Assembly (NCBI RefSeq): GCF_030028105.1
Contig: NC_092383.1
Location: forward strand, 76,487,359-76,551,358
Source: Mobula birostris
Taxonomy: Eukaryota
Direction of reading: 5' to 3'
DNA length: 64,000 bases
Positions within the stretch are counted from its first letter, which is position 1, and each line of letters starts with the position of its first letter. Below are positions 61,384 to 64,000 of the stretch, piece by piece. The notes under the pieces are model-generated. The model had not been told where the DNA came from, searched no databases, and worked only from the letters and a program-made list of their open reading frames with translations. The translations under genes were made by a program, and so were the position numbers.

Positions 61384-63419
61384 CTATCCCTTCTTTTCTC
61401 TGGATTTGGCGGGGGGTGGTACTGACTGACATGCAAGTTCTAGTGGGATCGTGACAGGATTGGACAGGAGGGAACTTCTACCTTCTGGACAAAAGAACTC
61501 AGGGTCAACTGGAAATATTTCAGTAATTGAGGTGGTAACTGGATGTGCCTAATTGTTTTCTGGGACACTGTCGGTAATTGTAGGGAGTCTCAGAGGCATA
61601 TTGATATTGGTAAGGAGATGCAGGGCATGTAATAATTTCCAGCAGGTAAAAAAGCAAGTTTATATTTAAAGGGATTCACAGGATTTTCAGGGAATACTGG
61701 GAGAATGTCAGTATTTTCATTGGATCTCTAGGAATGGGGGTACTTGTATGTGTCCTTGTAAGCTTCTGAAATATTCCACTTTTTAAAAAATGGTATAGTT
61801 TTCCAGAAAGCCCTGAGGGACCCACACCCATAGAGAAACTTGGGAAAATGTTCCTTTTGCATTAAGCAAACAACCTTGCATTCTGATGAGGGCTCTCCTA
61901 ACCCTCTTAAACAGGATATTTCGCAGGCGGTAATTTAGCATTTCCACATACCCATAAATAAATCACATGACATTCTAAAATGACCATCCTTGGGGGAATA
62001 GTGGATATTTTTGAAAGGTATTCGTGTATTTTTGGTAAATATGTCGCACGATGCGATTGCAGGCGGCCTGCTACATGGGCTGAAGGAGGGCTGCAATCTA
62101 ACTGGTTCAAACCGGATATCACCATCAATTGTAAAACTAGAGGAATAACGTGGTCTGGCCAAGAATGTAGAGAATCCAACTTTGCAAAAATATCCTTCAC
62201 GCCCTCCCATAAAGTATTTTGTTAAGTGCATGTCTGCATATATATATATCCTGTATCACCCATGGTCATACAATCTTACACAAAGAAGGAGGTTGTTCAG
62301 GCCATCATGTCCATGTTGTCTCTTTGAACATGACATTCAATTAATTATTTTTTTCCTTCTCTTTTGCTGGGCGATTATCTATCCAGTTAATTTCTGTAAG
62401 AAAAACTCTGCTTGCAGCAGCCTTTCATTGAATAAAGAGCCATTTGACTATTTTTCTGTTCACTCTAAACACGTGTAGTGCACACAGGAACAGGCCCTTC
62501 GGCCCGTCAGGTTCGTGCCGACCAAGATGCCAGTCTAAACTACTTCTACCTGCCTGCACCTGATCCATATCATTGCCTGTCAAGATGCCTCTAAAACGTT
62601 GCTAGCATGTGGATGCTTCCAGCACCATTTCTGGCAGTGCATTTCCGGGCATGGTCCTCTCTCTGTCTTTTTAAGATAAAAACTTATCTCACAAATTCTC
62701 TTTTACCACCCCCCTTCATTTCTTTCATCACTATATGGGGTGGGGGGGGGGAGCTACTGCACAGGATCAAAATTGGCTGTAGAGACTTGTGGGCTTAGTC
62801 AGCTCCAGCATGGCCACGAACTTCCGCAGTGTCCAGGACATCTCCAGTGAGCAATGCCTCAGGATGGCGGCATCTCTCATTAAGGACCCCCAGCACCCAG
62901 TACATGCCCCCTTCTCATTGCTACCATCAGGAAGGAGGTGCAGGAACCTGAGGGCTACACACTCAACGATTCAGGAACAGCTTCTTTCCCTCTGCCTTCT
63001 GATTTCTGAACGGACATTGAACCCATGAACACTACCTCACTACTTTTTAAAAATTATTATCTTTGCACTACTTATTTAATTAAACTATTTATATACATAT
63101 TGTAATTCAGTTTTTTTCTCTATTATTATGTGTTGCATGGTACTGCTGCTGCAAAGACAATAAATTTCATGACATATGCTGGTGATATTAAATCTGATTA
63201 AACTTTGTCCCTCTCACCTTAGACCTAGGCCCTCTAGTATTTGAATTTTGGGCCTGAGATTGTGACCATTTCCTCTATCTATGCTCATAATTTTACATTC
63301 TTCCGTCAGCTTTCCACACTCCGGACACAACAATCCTGACCTGCAGTGTGGCAAGGGGACATGTTCCTGCACCGATTCATTCTAAATTTTGTTTGATTAG
63401 TCAGAATTTCCTCTTCCAA

Positions 63420-63828
63420 TCTTACAAACCTTCTCCACTCACAATTCCCCATCCCTTTTTCCCTCTCTCACCTTATCTCCTTGCCTGCCCATTGCCTCCC
63501 TCTGCTGCTCCTTGCCCCTTTCTTCCATGGCCTTCTGTCTTCTCCTATCAGACTCCCCCTTCTCCAGCCCTGTATCTCTTTCACTAATCAACTTCTCAGC
63601 TCTTTACTTCATCCCCCTCACTCCTGGTTTCACCTATCACCTAATGTTTCTCTCTCCCCTCCCTCCACCTTTTAACTTTACTCCTCATCTTTTCTCCCCA
63701 GTCATGCCGAAGGGTCTCGGCCCGAATCATTGACTGTACTTTTTTCCTTATATACTGCCTGGTCTGTTGAGTTCCTCCAGCATTTTGTGTGTGTTGCTTG
63801 GATTTCCAGCATCTGCAGATTTTTTCTT
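63420..63828 (+). mobile_element. Penelope-like element 3' end; hammerhead with intact stems but mutated core (63699-63736)
   Basis: CAGTC-ATGCCGA-AGGGTCTCGGCCC-GAAT-CATT-GACTG. Helix I (CAGTC/GACTG) and helix II (GGG/CCC) are perfect; CTGATGA and GAAA are mutated. Confidence 0.75.
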
Positions 63829-64000
63829 CATTGGGCAAGGAATATTGTATTCAGTTTTGGGCACTGAATCTCAGGAAGAATTCGTTGGCTTTTGAAGAGA
63901 TTCACCAGAGGTTTTTAGATGTTTTGTTATGTCCTTGGTTTGTATTCATCTGACAAATACGGGAGATGGAGGTGTTTAATAAAGGATTCAATGCAGTAGA

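Noticed and set aside
61883-61912. CTGATGA followed by a GAGGG/CCCTC hairpin as a hammerhead
   Set aside because: No GAAA after the stem and no helix I.
1-64000. CRISPR arrays, rRNA operons or prokaryotic/viral inserts
   Set aside because: No regularly spaced repeat-spacer arrays, no operon-like ORF density and no viral hallmark genes apart from retrotransposon domains.

Overview
This is vertebrate genomic DNA. The repeat landscape (CR1, Rex1/Babar, Penelope-derived repeats, tRNA-derived SINEs, Tc1 MITEs) points to a cartilaginous fish, probably a ray; this is an inference. There are three host-gene signals: (1) the complete single-exon CDS of the orphan GPCR GPR61 (4064-5410, +), with a probable upstream splice acceptor and an overlapping strong-context uORF; (2) an intronless, CpG-rich, trypsin-fold (S1A) protease-like gene (43213-44322, -) that keeps His/Asp/Ser but has lost the IVGG activation N-terminus, Gly193 and Asp194, and carries a furin-type RQKR site before a hydrophobic, GPI-like tail; (3) the first coding exon of PTPN22 (60670-60759, +), too short for the ORF track, behind a CpG-rich promoter with ETS-IRF and RUNX motifs. 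Most of the rest is transposon-derived. That includes a full-length but frameshifted CsRN1-type Ty3/Gypsy element (23708-28065, -; 290-bp LTRs, tRNA-Trp PBS) and a much older Gypsy fossil broken up by nested insertions (~16700-21120, +). It also includes about a dozen Penelope-type terminal repeats whose consensus folds as a minimal type I hammerhead ribozyme; several are inverted pairs, and two of these put a decayed ribozyme on each strand. The young Gypsy element landed inside one of these ribozymes. Repeat boundaries were set by eye and are approximate; most short ORFs in the track are repeat fragments or noise.
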